This document shows, piece by piece, positions 19,503-30,280 of a DNA stretch of 64,000 nt. The DNA is taken from the IMG/VR virus record IMGVR_UViG_3300035670_013228, positions 96,001 through 160,000 of that record. One strand, 5' to 3'. The stretch comes from a virus. A model generated the notes under the pieces. That model saw only the letters and a program-made list of their open reading frames with translations, was not told where the DNA came from and did not search any database. The position numbers and the translations under genes were made by a program. How positions within the stretch are numbered: position 1 is the first letter of the stretch; each line of letters starts with the position of its first letter.

Positions 19503-20092
19503 ATAGTTTCTTTTGGTAGAATATTTTTCTGAATAATAATTTTTTTTATGGTCTCAAATTGTTCTCTTACGGTCATATGAGCATTATTAATGATAAAATC
19601 AAATTTATTCCAATTATAATTTATTGCATCTAATATTGTTTCACTACTGTGATCAGAGTTGTGTGGATTTCTATTCAGACGTATAATAATACCGTTTTGA
19701 TTTTTAATAGCTTCTATTTCATTTGGAAATCTACAATCAGATACTATGACAACCTCATGTTTATTTTTCTTTATTTTATTCATCAAAGCATTAACCCAAA
19801 CATTATTATTTAATTTTCTAAATAAATCAGTGCCTATTAATTGCATCAGATCTCTAGCGGTCAATTGTTTATTATCCCAATAGGCATCAACTAGTTCATT
19901 TTTATTATGATCTTCACCATAACATTGAACATAGGATAATCCAAACATATTCATACAGATGTCTTCTTTCAATGGGTCTGCAAAATTATATATTGCAACA
20001 TCTGAGTATCCATTGGCCAATAATAATCCTTTTAAAAAATCTGAACAAATAGTTTTGCCGGATTGTTTACGTCCAGATAGTCCTATGATCAT
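19499..20092 (-). CDS. Deoxynucleoside monophosphate kinase
   Basis: GLSGRKQSGKT, FADPLK, RDLMQLIGTD, SDCRFPNE, HSSE. Confidence 0.9.
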   Translation of the reverse strand: MIIGLSGRKQSGKTICSDFLKGLLLANGYSDVAIYNFADPLKEDICMNMFGLSYVQCYGEDHNKNELVDAYWDNKQLTARDLMQLIGTDLFRKLNNNVWVNALMNKIKKNKHEVVIVSDCRFPNEIEAIKNQNGIIIRLNRNPHNSDHSSETILDAINYNWNKFDFIINNAHMTVREQFETIKKIIIQKNILPKETI

Positions 20093-21249
20093 AGTACAAT
20101 ATTCCTAATAAAAGTTTTGATTTGCTGTTCTATCTCAACAGAAGTCATCTCTGCAACGTCACCTTTTGAAATTTCTGGACAATATACCTTATAAGTATTT
20201 TCGCATTTTTCTTTGATCTGTGACGATGCTTTTTTACCGGCTTCATCGTTGTCCATTAGAAGTATTATAGTCATAGCTCCGGTTGAATCCAGAATCATTT
20301 TTTGCTTATCACTGAGCGAACAACCAAAAATGCCAACGCTGTTATGGATATTATTTTCTTCTAATTTCCATACATTACCAGGACTCTCTACGAGAATCAC
20401 AATACCGGTTTCCTGAATATGTTTTTTAGCAAACCATATATTGTATAGAGAGTTTTGACTTTTAAAGTTTAGGCTGTGTTTCCATTTTGGATATAAATAT
20501 AGCTTGTCCTCAGATGGACAATTATCTAGCTGGTTATGAAAACACGAACATTTTTGACATTTTTCGAAAATACTTCTTCCGGAACAACCTATAACGTACT
20601 CATGATCTAAATCATAAATAGGAACTACCGTTCTATTATACATTTCTCTGTTTGGGTTAGAGCATAAACCAACATCATATTTATCTAGTATAGCTCTGCT
20701 GAATCCTCTGTTAAGATAATATTCAGATGGAATATTAAGTAAAGATCGAGCTTTATCTCTATTGATTGTTTTTTCTGTATTGGATATGTGATTTTGTATA
20801 GCTATTTGACTAACAGCATTTGTAAAAGTATTTTTATTTTTAGATACTTTACATATTTTGATATTACTTAAGTCTTTATTTAGAAATTTTGATACAAATT
20901 GTATAGTATCTTCAAAAGATACCATTTTATCACCATCTTTTGACCAATTATATTTTTGATAGGATAATAATCCTCTGGTAAATCCTAGAATAGATCCTTT
21001 AAACGTTTTTTCACACTGATGTGTTCGACACTTCCAATTTCCTCTATAAGAATCGCCTTCTATATATAGATTTAATGCACTACTATTGTCTCCTTGATGT
21101 ATTGGACACGCCATTGATACCATTTTACCGGCATGTTTATACTTTATATCAAAATAAGATAATAGGTCATCTATATTATCACATAATAAGTCACATAATA
21201 TTTTATATTTATCTTGATCATTGGAACGGGATTTCTTCATCATTTGCAT
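20089..21249 (-). CDS. dnaG: DNA primase
   Basis: CPIH...C...C zinc finger; TOPRIM LVESPGN and MDNDEAG. Confidence 0.88.
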   Translation of the reverse strand: MQMMKKSRSNDQDKYKILCDLLCDNIDDLLSYFDIKYKHAGKMVSMACPIHQGDNSSALNLYIEGDSYRGNWKCRTHQCEKTFKGSILGFTRGLLSYQKYNWSKDGDKMVSFEDTIQFVSKFLNKDLSNIKICKVSKNKNTFTNAVSQIAIQNHISNTEKTINRDKARSLLNIPSEYYLNRGFSRAILDKYDVGLCSNPNREMYNRTVVPIYDLDHEYVIGCSGRSIFEKCQKCSCFHNQLDNCPSEDKLYLYPKWKHSLNFKSQNSLYNIWFAKKHIQETGIVILVESPGNVWKLEENNIHNSVGIFGCSLSDKQKMILDSTGAMTIILLMDNDEAGKKASSQIKEKCENTYKVYCPEISKGDVAEMTSVEIEQQIKTFIRNIVL

Positions 21250-22681
21250 GAATATCCTCCATTATAAATCCATCACTATTATTTTTTGTATTTGTTACTA
21301 GCTCTAATCTGGTTTTACCTTCTGTAATTTTAGCGCACCAGCCTTTCATATGACAATTGATATAGTCATTATCGTCTAGTCCTCCACCATGACGACTAAT
21401 AAGCGGCACAAGTTTTCTATTACCATTTTCTGGACCGTCCTCAGATATCTCTTCTGGAGTTTTTCTTTTAAAGATGCTGAAATTACTACACAGCCATATA
21501 ATTCTATCTGAACCACTGGCTGTGTCGGTGCTCTCTTTTGTTATGCCGTCCCTATTTAATTGTATAAATGCCACTATTGGAATTTTATATTTGGTAGCAA
21601 AATTATGTAGCGATGTCATCATAAAACCCAATACTTGGTATTCTTTCATATCCTGAGATATCCCAGCAGAGTCCATTAGTTTCAGATAATCATAAAAAAT
21701 TACACAATCTTTAGCTGTTCCGTCATCATTTAAGCCAACATCTTTAATAAGCCATCGTCTCATAATCGAAAGTTGATCTTCGAATGGCTTACCGGCTATC
21801 GATTTATAAAATAATTTTGTTTCTTTTAGATCTTCTACAGCTGCTTTTATTTTTGATAGTTTGTTTGGTGTATCAGAAAACTTGCCGGTTTCGATATGAT
21901 TAATTTCTATTTCTGTCATCATAGCCAAAACTCTGTTCAAATGATCTTCTTTGGACATTTCGGTGTCCATATTTAGTACAGGAATTTTAAGCTTATTTGC
22001 TATGTAAAATCCCATATTATCGGACAAAAGAGTTTTACCAACTTTTGGTCTGGCTGCTATAACATTGATAGTGCCTTTCCTAAGACCTCCGCCTATAGCC
22101 TGATCATAAACAGGAAATCCTGTTGGTATACCGACTTGATCTATTTTGTTCTCTAGTAAGTTATTTATATAATCATCAAGATTTGAGCCAATACGTTCCG
22201 CATTATTATCAACATCATTTAGAAGATTAGAGAAATCAAAAATACTATCCTCAGCTATACCTAATATAGAACCTATGCTTTCGTTGCCAGTAACGTCTAA
22301 TATTTTGTCTTGTGCTTGTTCTAACTGTTGTCTTAATAGTCTAGCTATTTCTAGCTTACGAATTTTTGAAGCAAATTTTCTAATATTAGAAATATTAACA
22401 GGAAAATCTAGTATGGCTTTAAGATGTTGTATTTCCTCTTTTTTCGATAGAATATGAGATAATCCAAGTTCCTCTGCTACAGAAAATATCGACGCTACAT
22501 CGATAGATATTTTTATATCTCTATCCAATAATGTTTTAAGACATTTAAATATAAACTTATTACTATCTACTGTAAAAGAAGATTCCTGAATAATATCAGA
22601 AATATCTAGATACGCATCTTCAGTATATTTACATATTCCTGCCAAAACAGCTCTTTCGGCAGAAGTATCGCATAGGATCAT
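21218..22681 (-). CDS. dnaB: Replicative helicase
   Basis: GIPTGF, IAARPKVGKT, FYDYLKLM, AFIQLNR, ASGSDRI. Start moved to ATG 22681 (track 22735). Confidence 0.92.
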   Translation of the reverse strand: MILCDTSAERAVLAGICKYTEDAYLDISDIIQESSFTVDSNKFIFKCLKTLLDRDIKISIDVASIFSVAEELGLSHILSKKEEIQHLKAILDFPVNISNIRKFASKIRKLEIARLLRQQLEQAQDKILDVTGNESIGSILGIAEDSIFDFSNLLNDVDNNAERIGSNLDDYINNLLENKIDQVGIPTGFPVYDQAIGGGLRKGTINVIAARPKVGKTLLSDNMGFYIANKLKIPVLNMDTEMSKEDHLNRVLAMMTEIEINHIETGKFSDTPNKLSKIKAAVEDLKETKLFYKSIAGKPFEDQLSIMRRWLIKDVGLNDDGTAKDCVIFYDYLKLMDSAGISQDMKEYQVLGFMMTSLHNFATKYKIPIVAFIQLNRDGITKESTDTASGSDRIIWLCSNFSIFKRKTPEEISEDGPENGNRKLVPLISRHGGGLDDNDYINCHMKGWCAKITEGKTRLELVTNTKNNSDGFIMEDIHANDEEIPFQ

Positions 22682-22682
22682 A

Positions 22683-23063
22683 TCAGCCTGCTCCCTGTGA
22701 ACATTTATTGCACTTATATCTCTCAACATTATCATGTATCAATGTTGGACTTATGCTTTCTTTTTTACCACAAATTCTACACACAACAGATATTGGCTGA
22801 AATTTTCTAACCCTTGGTGTGGGAGCATATTTAGCTAATTTTTTATCAATTTCTACATCGTCTTTATGTAAATTAGCTTCTGTCATACTATCAAACTTAT
22901 TAATAGACGATACTCTTGGTTTTTTATCACGAGTTTTTATAGAATAATTTGACTCTGCGATTTTGGGTTCATCATCAGTTATACCGCTTGGCACGTCCTT
23001 TGTCAACATGCTTTGCAACAAAGAGATCATTTCTTTAATTTGTTCTTGTGATAGATTATCCAT
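22683..23063 (-). CDS. Hypothetical protein with C-terminal zinc ribbon
   Basis: CRICG and CNKC pairs. Confidence 0.7.
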   Translation of the reverse strand: MDNLSQEQIKEMISLLQSMLTKDVPSGITDDEPKIAESNYSIKTRDKKPRVSSINKFDSMTEANLHKDDVEIDKKLAKYAPTPRVRKFQPISVVCRICGKKESISPTLIHDNVERYKCNKCSQGAG

Positions 23064-23550
23064 GTTTTGACGCCTTAGTTTTTTGAATAGAAATAAGTAT
23101 ATCCGATAGATTTTTAATAGATGTTGCTATATATGTTAGTCTGTCTGATCTTTGTTTAGCATATTTTTTAATTTTATTTAATGCCGATGCCCTATCATTA
23201 TGCTTGATAGCTTGTGCGGATTTTTCTATATATCCGTAGCCCTTATATGAATTAATATCATCTGCTATAATATCTTTAATTGTTTCTTCGGACCAATTAT
23301 ATCTAGCTATTTCTCTATTTAATGTTCTTTGTATATGAAAAGAAAACTGTCCTAATCTATAACTGATTTCACCGCATTGTTCCGGAGTAAGTTTTTCTAG
23401 GACATCTCTATTCATTGTTAAGTATGATTGTAACTCTTGTTCAGGTAAAGCATTCGATAAATACGCTGGTAATCCAATATTATTTTCATATTCATCTAAA
23501 ATAGAATCCCAATGTTCTATTTCTTCTTTTGCTGTTCTACTAGTATTCAT
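23056..23550 (-). CDS. Helical hypothetical protein (possibly a UvsY-like recombination mediator)
   Basis: Size, predicted helical pattern and position near the recA-like gene; function is inferred. Confidence 0.6.
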   Translation of the reverse strand: MNTSRTAKEEIEHWDSILDEYENNIGLPAYLSNALPEQELQSYLTMNRDVLEKLTPEQCGEISYRLGQFSFHIQRTLNREIARYNWSEETIKDIIADDINSYKGYGYIEKSAQAIKHNDRASALNKIKKYAKQRSDRLTYIATSIKNLSDILISIQKTKASKHG

Positions 23551-23950
23551 TTAGTATTCTCTTTTTCCATTCTGGTAATGATTCATTATATGGTAACTCT
23601 ATATATTCTATTTTATTAATACCGCACCATTCTTGCTTATCTTTATCTCTTTTTTTATGTCTTAAAAATCCCATCTTGTCTTTATGATAAAATCTAGAGA
23701 ATGCATAATGTTGTTCTCCGTGAACCTCTATACATTTTTTATTTAATGGCAGATAAAAATCTAAGAATAAAATTTCTGTTTTTCTGATATGAACAGGTAT
23801 TTCTTCTAATACTTGTAGTGTTGGAAAACAATCTCTAATTAACTGTCTTGCTAGTAAATGATAAGAAGATTTTTGTTCATCGTAGCTATTAGAAATACCT
23901 CCAATTAATTTCCAGTGATATATATTTCCGTCTAGGTCTTTGACTTGCAT
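23540..23950 (-). CDS. DUF559/Vsr-like endonuclease
   Basis: FLDFYLP...CIEVHGEQHY...RDKDKQEWC. Confidence 0.7.
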   Translation of the reverse strand: MQVKDLDGNIYHWKLIGGISNSYDEQKSSYHLLARQLIRDCFPTLQVLEEIPVHIRKTEILFLDFYLPLNKKCIEVHGEQHYAFSRFYHKDKMGFLRHKKRDKDKQEWCGINKIEYIELPYNESLPEWKKRILNEY

Positions 23951-24957
23951 GGTGTACCAATAGTCTCATTTAGTTTTTCGTATAGTTCGTTATAAACCGT
24001 TTCATTCTCTGCTATATATTGTCTAAGTTTTTCTGTTCCTTGATATTTTTGCTTATCTCCTAAGCAACTAATTGTATACCATGCTCCGCTTTTATTAATT
24101 AGTCCAAAATCTATACACAAAGTTGCCAGCTCCATTGGTTTATCTATACCCTCTCCATACCTTATGAAACTTTTAATAGAGCCGCCAGGAGGGCCTAAAG
24201 CAGAGCATATGGTTTGCCAATCTACTTCCTGACCTATTTGAGGACCATCGGCACCGCTCAACCATGGCTTGAACATCTTAGCTTTAATTTTGATATCTGT
24301 TTGATATGCTATAGCTTGACCACTTTTTTCTTTCCACTCAACATTACCGTATCCAGGATTACCCATTAAATGAGTAATGCCTATAACTATGTTTTTATTC
24401 ACAGGTATTACATTCGCTACTTTACGACAAAATTTTGCTAGTAATTTTGCACCGTCTGCTCTTTGCATTTTATCCATTTCGCTAGTTATCTCAGCTTCTG
24501 TGCATAAAGCAGAATAGGAGTCGATTATCATAACAGATCCTGGTTCTTCATTAATAATTCTTTCTGCTATTTGAAGATACTCTTCTGCATGTAATATTTT
24601 ACCCTGTTGACTACCTATAATATTTAGTCTATTACAATCTAAATTTTTTATTCCTTCCAAGTCTCTTTTCTTGATTCTACCTTCTATGTTTAGATAGAAC
24701 ACTTCCCTAGGATTTTTTAAGGTTCCTTGATATTCTTCTTTCTGAGCAGTAGCCGCAAAGTCTAATGATGTTACTGTTTTTCCACACTTAGGATGTCCAG
24801 TCAATATAACAAAACTACCTTCTGGTATTCCACCATTTAGTATAATATCTAGAGCAGGACTAACCGGTATGGTGACCAATTCTCTGTCTATGATTGAATT
24901 AGCAGATAATAGTATATCTGAGCCGAAATCCTTTTTAACATCTTCTTTAATGCTCAT
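23932..24957 (-). CDS. recA: RecA/UvsX-like recombinase
   Basis: GGIPEG...GHPKCGKT, MIIDSYSAL, GEGID, GLINKSGAWY. Confidence 0.9.
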   Translation of the reverse strand: MSIKEDVKKDFGSDILLSANSIIDRELVTIPVSPALDIILNGGIPEGSFVILTGHPKCGKTVTSLDFAATAQKEEYQGTLKNPREVFYLNIEGRIKKRDLEGIKNLDCNRLNIIGSQQGKILHAEEYLQIAERIINEEPGSVMIIDSYSALCTEAEITSEMDKMQRADGAKLLAKFCRKVANVIPVNKNIVIGITHLMGNPGYGNVEWKEKSGQAIAYQTDIKIKAKMFKPWLSGADGPQIGQEVDWQTICSALGPPGGSIKSFIRYGEGIDKPMELATLCIDFGLINKSGAWYTISCLGDKQKYQGTEKLRQYIAENETVYNELYEKLNETIGTPCKSKT

Positions 24958-25379
24958 TCGTCTAGGTCCTTAATTCTGGAAATAATATTTTTATTTGATT
25001 GTATATTTTTGATACCAAAAATTATATCTTCTTTTCTATCAACATGCTTAGTCATGGTCTGATTTTGTTGATCTAGTTTTGCTTGTTCCTTTACTATCAT
25101 ATCTGGTAGATGCGGCGCTCGCAAAGAATAAATTTTTTGTCCGTCTCTACTCAAAAGAGCAGCTATGATAGCTTTATCTGAATATTGTTTAAGTAGTTTA
25201 TTAGCAGAACCTATTTGGTTTCTAAAAAACTTGCTCCATTCTTTACTAATCCAAAACCTATAATGTAGGTCTTGCTTATCTTTTACTGCTTTTCTTTCAC
25301 ATATTATTTCTGTAATGTATTGTGCAGCAGAGACTAGCTTATCGTTGGAGTATTTAGATATGTACTTCTTTGATACCAT
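24954..25379 (-). CDS. Hypothetical protein
   Basis: ORF with 4-nt overlap to recA. Confidence 0.7.
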   Translation of the reverse strand: MVSKKYISKYSNDKLVSAAQYITEIICERKAVKDKQDLHYRFWISKEWSKFFRNQIGSANKLLKQYSDKAIIAALLSRDGQKIYSLRAPHLPDMIVKEQAKLDQQNQTMTKHVDRKEDIIFGIKNIQSNKNIISRIKDLDE

Positions 25380-25782
25380 CTTTTTTATGTATTTTCTTTG
25401 CGCAATCTAATAGGCTACTATCAAATTTATCGATGAATCCAGATATTTGACATAGATAATCGACACCGGAGGGTACTGGTATATGATAAAAGCTTTCGAG
25501 TATTTGAGATATCTCTGTAAATTGTCCCATATCATTTACTGCCGACATTTCCATCCTTAGCTCCACATAGATTTCTCTTGGATAAGTACTAATATGTCTT
25601 GGATGTATAGGATCGTCAACAAGAATATTGGGATCATGGAGAAGTCCAGATAGATCTATATTAGGATCTAGTGGTTTGTTTTTAAGATTATCTTTTAGCT
25701 TATCTTTGATTTGTTCTCTAACTTTCTCAAAAACCTTTTGTTCTTCCGGAGACAAATCTAGTTTTATATTTTTATGATCCAT
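25354..25782 (-). CDS. Hypothetical protein
   Basis: ORF packed in the operon. Confidence 0.65.
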   Translation of the reverse strand: MDHKNIKLDLSPEEQKVFEKVREQIKDKLKDNLKNKPLDPNIDLSGLLHDPNILVDDPIHPRHISTYPREIYVELRMEMSAVNDMGQFTEISQILESFYHIPVPSGVDYLCQISGFIDKFDSSLLDCAKKIHKKDGIKEVHI

Positions 25783-26107
25783 GTGGCCTATATATATGGG
25801 TAGAGGGTTTGATACTATTATTCGAATAGTTTAGTTTTTTATTTTCATCATTCATCTCTGAAGCAGCTTTTGTCATAATAGCTACATTTCTAGTACCAGA
25901 CTGACTATTTCTGATCATAAGATCCTTTGATGTAATTTTGTTTTCTTTAACAGGGGCTTCTGTAGTTGACTTTGTGGTTGTATTCTTAATTACGCTAATT
26001 ATTTGCTTAGAGTCTAATTTAAGTTCTTTTTGTATATCTTCTATGGTTAGATTCTGCGACTGTAACCATAATATAGCATATTTTTGCGTTTTAGTAATCC
26101 TTGCCAT
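25772..26107 (-). CDS. Hypothetical protein with possible N-terminal HTH
   Basis: QNLTIEDIQKELKLDSKQI pattern. Confidence 0.6.
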   Translation of the reverse strand: MARITKTQKYAILWLQSQNLTIEDIQKELKLDSKQIISVIKNTTTKSTTEAPVKENKITSKDLMIRNSQSGTRNVAIMTKAASEMNDENKKLNYSNNSIKPSTHIYRPHGS

Positions 26108-26497
26108 TCAATCAACCTCTCTTTCTGCATTATGATAATAAGCTATATTTTTTGAAGTTAAAAATTGTATATAAAAATTAAAAGCTTTTTCATTGACTGT
26201 CTTAAATTTAGTAGATGATTTGCATACACTATCTAAAAAAGTATTAGTTTTTTCTTCTCCGTATATAGAGATAGGATTATATAGTTTACCATTATTGGCA
26301 AGTTTGATCATATACTTATATGATCCATCAATTTTTCTATATTTTTTGGCATATACCAGATTATCATCCTGGTTCCTTAATGGAATATTATCGAGATATG
26401 CTTCTTGAGACCCATCAAGGGTATAAAAAAGGGTTTGATGAGCCCCGGCAGTGTTTTGTTTATCAAAAATACTATTGTTTGATCGAAAAAAATCCAT
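26108..26497 (-). CDS. Hypothetical protein
   Basis: ORF; ATG 26497 follows the upstream stop (track start 26509). Confidence 0.65.
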   Translation of the reverse strand: MDFFRSNNSIFDKQNTAGAHQTLFYTLDGSQEAYLDNIPLRNQDDNLVYAKKYRKIDGSYKYMIKLANNGKLYNPISIYGEEKTNTFLDSVCKSSTKFKTVNEKAFNFYIQFLTSKNIAYYHNAEREVD

Positions 26498-26499
26498 AA

Positions 26500-26844
26500 T
26501 TATGTCCATTTCGGTTTTGGAGGTTTTTTTACTCTAGACATACCTTTAGGTAATGGTTTATCACTTACCGTTTGTTTATATTCATTATGTTTATGAGCTA
26601 GATATTGTTTATGATCATCGGTCAGTCTATCTCTATTACGATTTGCTAAGTCTCCAACAGTGCGTAATTCCGAGTCATGTTTTTTAATTGACGAGGATAC
26701 AGAACATATGTCGTCGTGATAGCTTCGTTCTGTTTTTGACGAATCACAAAATACGCATAATGGGCAATCGGTATAATCGGATATATGAAAAAATAATTCA
26801 AATTTTTTACTACATTTATTACAATAATATGTATATGTGGGCAT
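26500..26844 (-). CDS. FmdB-family zinc-ribbon protein
   Basis: MPTYTYYCNKC..FE...CVFCDS. Confidence 0.8.
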   Translation of the reverse strand: MPTYTYYCNKCSKKFELFFHISDYTDCPLCVFCDSSKTERSYHDDICSVSSSIKKHDSELRTVGDLANRNRDRLTDDHKQYLAHKHNEYKQTVSDKPLPKGMSRVKKPPKPKWT

Positions 26845-27443
26845 TATGGTTTCAGTAAATCAAGATAAGAATCAATATATTTCTTCCATTCCTCATAGTC
26901 TGTACTACTGTATATAGTAGTTAACTCCTTTGCTAGAGGCAAGTATCTTAATTCATAAAAAGGTTTTGTAGGCGCGGTAAGTATCTGCATATTAGCTTGT
27001 TCGGGTGTTTTATTAGATTTTTTACGATTGCAATTAATGCAAGCAGTAGTTATATTAGACCAATTTGTAGCAGAACTTTTATTAGAATAGAACTTACTTT
27101 TTGGCACAACATGATCATATGTTAATTCATTATATGAAAATTTTTTTCCACAATACTGACAAGTATAATTATCTCTAATAAATAGATTTTTTCTAGAAAA
27201 TTTTAGAGATCGACTATATATATCAAAGTATTTTGATGTTTTTGCCACCATTGGTACAGAGAATGTTCTTCCATTTGTTCCTTGTATATATTTATCTTTA
27301 TAGTACTCTATGATTTCGATTTTAAAAGTAGGATTATTTTCGTACTTAATAGACCATACTATAGCTTTTTGCCATCCAATAATTCTCAATGGCGAATAGT
27401 CTGCATTAAGTAGTAAACATTTACTATTTTCTGCTTTCTTCAT
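26844..27443 (-). CDS. HNH endonuclease
   Basis: CLLLNADY; RDNYTCQYCG...TYDHVVPKS...NITTACINCNRKK. Confidence 0.9.
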   Translation of the reverse strand: MKKAENSKCLLLNADYSPLRIIGWQKAIVWSIKYENNPTFKIEIIEYYKDKYIQGTNGRTFSVPMVAKTSKYFDIYSRSLKFSRKNLFIRDNYTCQYCGKKFSYNELTYDHVVPKSKFYSNKSSATNWSNITTACINCNRKKSNKTPEQANMQILTAPTKPFYELRYLPLAKELTTIYSSTDYEEWKKYIDSYLDLLKP

Positions 27444-28161
27444 AAATATCTAACTTAGCTAAGATTTTTGCTATTATAGGATTGCGAATAATATCATTGT
27501 CTGTTAAAGTAGAAATACCAATACCCTCAACATTAGCAAGATTGGTTATCATCTCATAAAAACCACCCTGTAAATGTCTGGCTAGATCGGATTGTGAAAC
27601 ATCTCCGGTCAATACCATTTTACTGTTTTGTCCAATCCTTGTCAACAACATTTTTAATTGTTCGTACGATGCATTTTGACACTCGTCAGCAACTATAAAA
27701 CTATCATGAAAATTACGGCCTCTCATAAAACCAAGAGGAACAATCTCAATTTTATTGTTGAGTTTTAGCGTTGTATTTAGAGCTTGTCCAATAAAATAAT
27801 TGATTTCGTCTTCTATTGGCAATAGATAGGGAAATAATTTTTCTTCGTATTTACCTGGTAGATATCCTATTTTTTCTCCTGCTTCAACAACGGGTCTTGT
27901 TATGATAATTTTTTTGATTTTGTCTTCTAGCAAATATTCTAACGCTAAACCAACAGCACAATGTGTTTTACCGCTACCAGCACTACCTTGACAAAAAGTA
28001 ATAGTATTTTCTACTATAGATCGTATATATTCTTTTTGATTTTCTGTTCTTGGTTTTAATCTATTCCTGGATGATAATCTTGTATTGTCTTGATTAAGGG
28101 GCGAATTTGTGAGATCAATAATTTTTTCTTTTCTAGTGCTACCATTTTTTTTCTTTCTCAA
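27424..28161 (-). CDS. phoH: PhoH-family ATPase
   Basis: GSAGSGKT, ITRPVVEAGEKIGYLPG, FMRGRNF, DECQN, LTRIG, GDVSQSD. Confidence 0.95.
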   Translation of the reverse strand: MRKKKNGSTRKEKIIDLTNSPLNQDNTRLSSRNRLKPRTENQKEYIRSIVENTITFCQGSAGSGKTHCAVGLALEYLLEDKIKKIIITRPVVEAGEKIGYLPGKYEEKLFPYLLPIEDEINYFIGQALNTTLKLNNKIEIVPLGFMRGRNFHDSFIVADECQNASYEQLKMLLTRIGQNSKMVLTGDVSQSDLARHLQGGFYEMITNLANVEGIGISTLTDNDIIRNPIIAKILAKLDIYEESRK

Positions 28162-28207
28162 GTTATGCCCTTTATAATAAGTGATATATTAATAATAACA
28201 TATTAAT

Positions 28208-28214
28208 ATACACC
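28208..28214 (-). promoter_or_regulatory. GGTGTAT motif (candidate phage promoter)
   Basis: Intergenic, followed by an AT-rich tract, upstream of phoH; recurs at other gene junctions. Confidence 0.5.
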
Positions 28215-28219
28215 ATATA

Positions 28220-28585
28220 TCATATTACAAATGAGTTAAGGTCAGGAGCTTTCCATCCGTCTGGTTTTAGTACTTTACCATCTTCTCTCTTTTTTACTTT
28301 TCCTGTAACAGGATCTACTTTAGCGAAATTGGTTTTCATCACTTCATCCCATGCCCCTTGAGCATTGCTGCCTGTGCTGTTTATAGCTCCTGCTGTAACC
28401 ACAATGATATCTATTAAAGCATCTAGTATTTCTACTTTATCTTTATTATGTAGAGCCTCTTGTAATTCCGATACTTCTTCTTTGATAAGAGTATAATACA
28501 TATCTAGTTGAGATTGATTCCATTCGCAAACTGTTTGGTCACAAGCAACCATAAATTTTGTTTGATCTTCAAATACATTTCCCAT
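28220..28585 (-). CDS. MazG-like NTP pyrophosphohydrolase
   Basis: LIKEEVSEL...EILDALIDII...WDEVMKTNFAK...GKVLKPDGW. Confidence 0.85.
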   Translation of the reverse strand: MGNVFEDQTKFMVACDQTVCEWNQSQLDMYYTLIKEEVSELQEALHNKDKVEILDALIDIIVVTAGAINSTGSNAQGAWDEVMKTNFAKVDPVTGKVKKREDGKVLKPDGWKAPDLNSFVI

Positions 28586-28598
28586 TATATATTCTCCT

Positions 28599-30251
28599 TT
28601 AAGATTCGCAATTACTACATGACAAAATATTTCTTGCTAATTCTTGAGCGGGGTTGGCGCTTCGTTGATAATAAAAGGTTTTAATGCCTAATTTCCACCC
28701 TTCTATAAGAAGATCACTAACTTGTTTTGGTGGTATATCTGGACCTATCATTAGATTTAAAGACTGAGACTGATCTATATATTTTTGTCTCTGAGACGCT
28801 TGAATAATAATTTCTTTCTGACTAATTTCTCCAAATGTTTTAAATACTTCTTTTTCATTATCGGATAAGAACTTTAGATGTTGAACAGAACCTCCCTTAA
28901 CGAGAATACTCTTCCAGACAGTTTCGTCATTTTTATTGTATTTTTTAAGAATTTCTTTTAGATGAGGGTTCTTATATGTGAATTTTCCTTTTGCTAAATT
29001 CTTAACAAAATAATTACTATTCAATGGTTCTATGCTAGGACTTACTTGTCCCAATATAAAACTACTGCTAGTTGTTGGAGCAATTGCTAGCGTTGTTACA
29101 TTTCTACGGCCATATCCTTCTAGAATAGGAGCCTCTCCGAATTTTTCTGCTAATTCTCTTGATGCTTTATCTGATCGTTCTCTAATAGTTTGCCACATAT
29201 TAGTATTAATTAGTTTAGCTTGCATACTTTCAAAGCTTATCATTTTGCTTTGAAGATATGAATGCCATCCCAATACTCCCATACCTAATGCCCTATGATT
29301 TAAGGCAAAGTTTCTTGCGCTCTTCATAAAACGAATATTCTCTGTTTTATTTACAAACTCTTGGTTAACGCTATCTAAGAAGTAGATAAGAGTTTCTATC
29401 GCGTCGGTTTGTATAATTTCATCCCAATGAAGTAGATTAAGAGAACTTAGAACACAAACAAAACTATTATTTTCATCTGATGCTAGATTAATTTCTGAAC
29501 ATAGATTGCTACTATTTATTTTTATATTTTTGTCTTTATAAGCTTGCGGAGCATTATTGTTTACAGTATCATAAAAGAATATATATGGATATCCACTCTC
29601 AAATCGTTTTTGAATAATTTTAGCCCAAATTTTTCTTTTGTGCTTATCTCCTTCTACCATACTATGCATCCACTCATCGGTTATTGTAACACCAATACTC
29701 ATATTTTGAATAGGATGACCTTCATTACGAATTTGTAAAAATTCCTCTATATCAGGATGCTCCACCGGCAAGTAGGCCGCAAAGCTTCCTCTTCGTGCCG
29801 ATCCTTGACTAATAACATCTGCTACTTTATCGAACAATTCCATAAAGTGAACAGGGCCGCTACTTTCTCCTCCAACACTAATACTCGCTCCTCGTGATCT
29901 TAATTCTCCGAAATAACCACTAGTACCACCGCCTAATTTGCTCATCATACCAACTTCGGCCACTTTATACAGAATGCTGTCCATTCTGTCGCTGATATGG
30001 GAATTAAAGCAACTAACTGGCAATCCTCGGGAATTACCATAATTAGTCCAAACTGGTGTGGATAATGAGTAAAATCCTAAACTCATATACTTTTCAAATT
30101 TTTCTGCAAAATTTGGAATACCTAATAATTTTTCAGCATTTTGAGATATATTTTTTATTCTATCTTCTGGAGAAACATCTTGTTGAAGATATCCTCTTTC
30201 TAAGAATAGGCGACTATGTGAATTAAGCCAATAGTATGGTTGGGTCGTCAT
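28599..30251 (-). CDS. nrdA: Class Ia ribonucleotide reductase alpha subunit
   Basis: PVSCF, GGGTSG, SNLCSEI, FVCVLSSLN, IAPTTSSS, YIDQSQSLN, KTFYYQRS; no intron or intein. Confidence 0.95.
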   Translation of the reverse strand: MTTQPYYWLNSHSRLFLERGYLQQDVSPEDRIKNISQNAEKLLGIPNFAEKFEKYMSLGFYSLSTPVWTNYGNSRGLPVSCFNSHISDRMDSILYKVAEVGMMSKLGGGTSGYFGELRSRGASISVGGESSGPVHFMELFDKVADVISQGSARRGSFAAYLPVEHPDIEEFLQIRNEGHPIQNMSIGVTITDEWMHSMVEGDKHKRKIWAKIIQKRFESGYPYIFFYDTVNNNAPQAYKDKNIKINSSNLCSEINLASDENNSFVCVLSSLNLLHWDEIIQTDAIETLIYFLDSVNQEFVNKTENIRFMKSARNFALNHRALGMGVLGWHSYLQSKMISFESMQAKLINTNMWQTIRERSDKASRELAEKFGEAPILEGYGRRNVTTLAIAPTTSSSFILGQVSPSIEPLNSNYFVKNLAKGKFTYKNPHLKEILKKYNKNDETVWKSILVKGGSVQHLKFLSDNEKEVFKTFGEISQKEIIIQASQRQKYIDQSQSLNLMIGPDIPPKQVSDLLIEGWKLGIKTFYYQRSANPAQELARNILSCSNCES

Positions 30252-30280
30252 TTAAAGTCCTATAAAACCTGTAGCAGTGA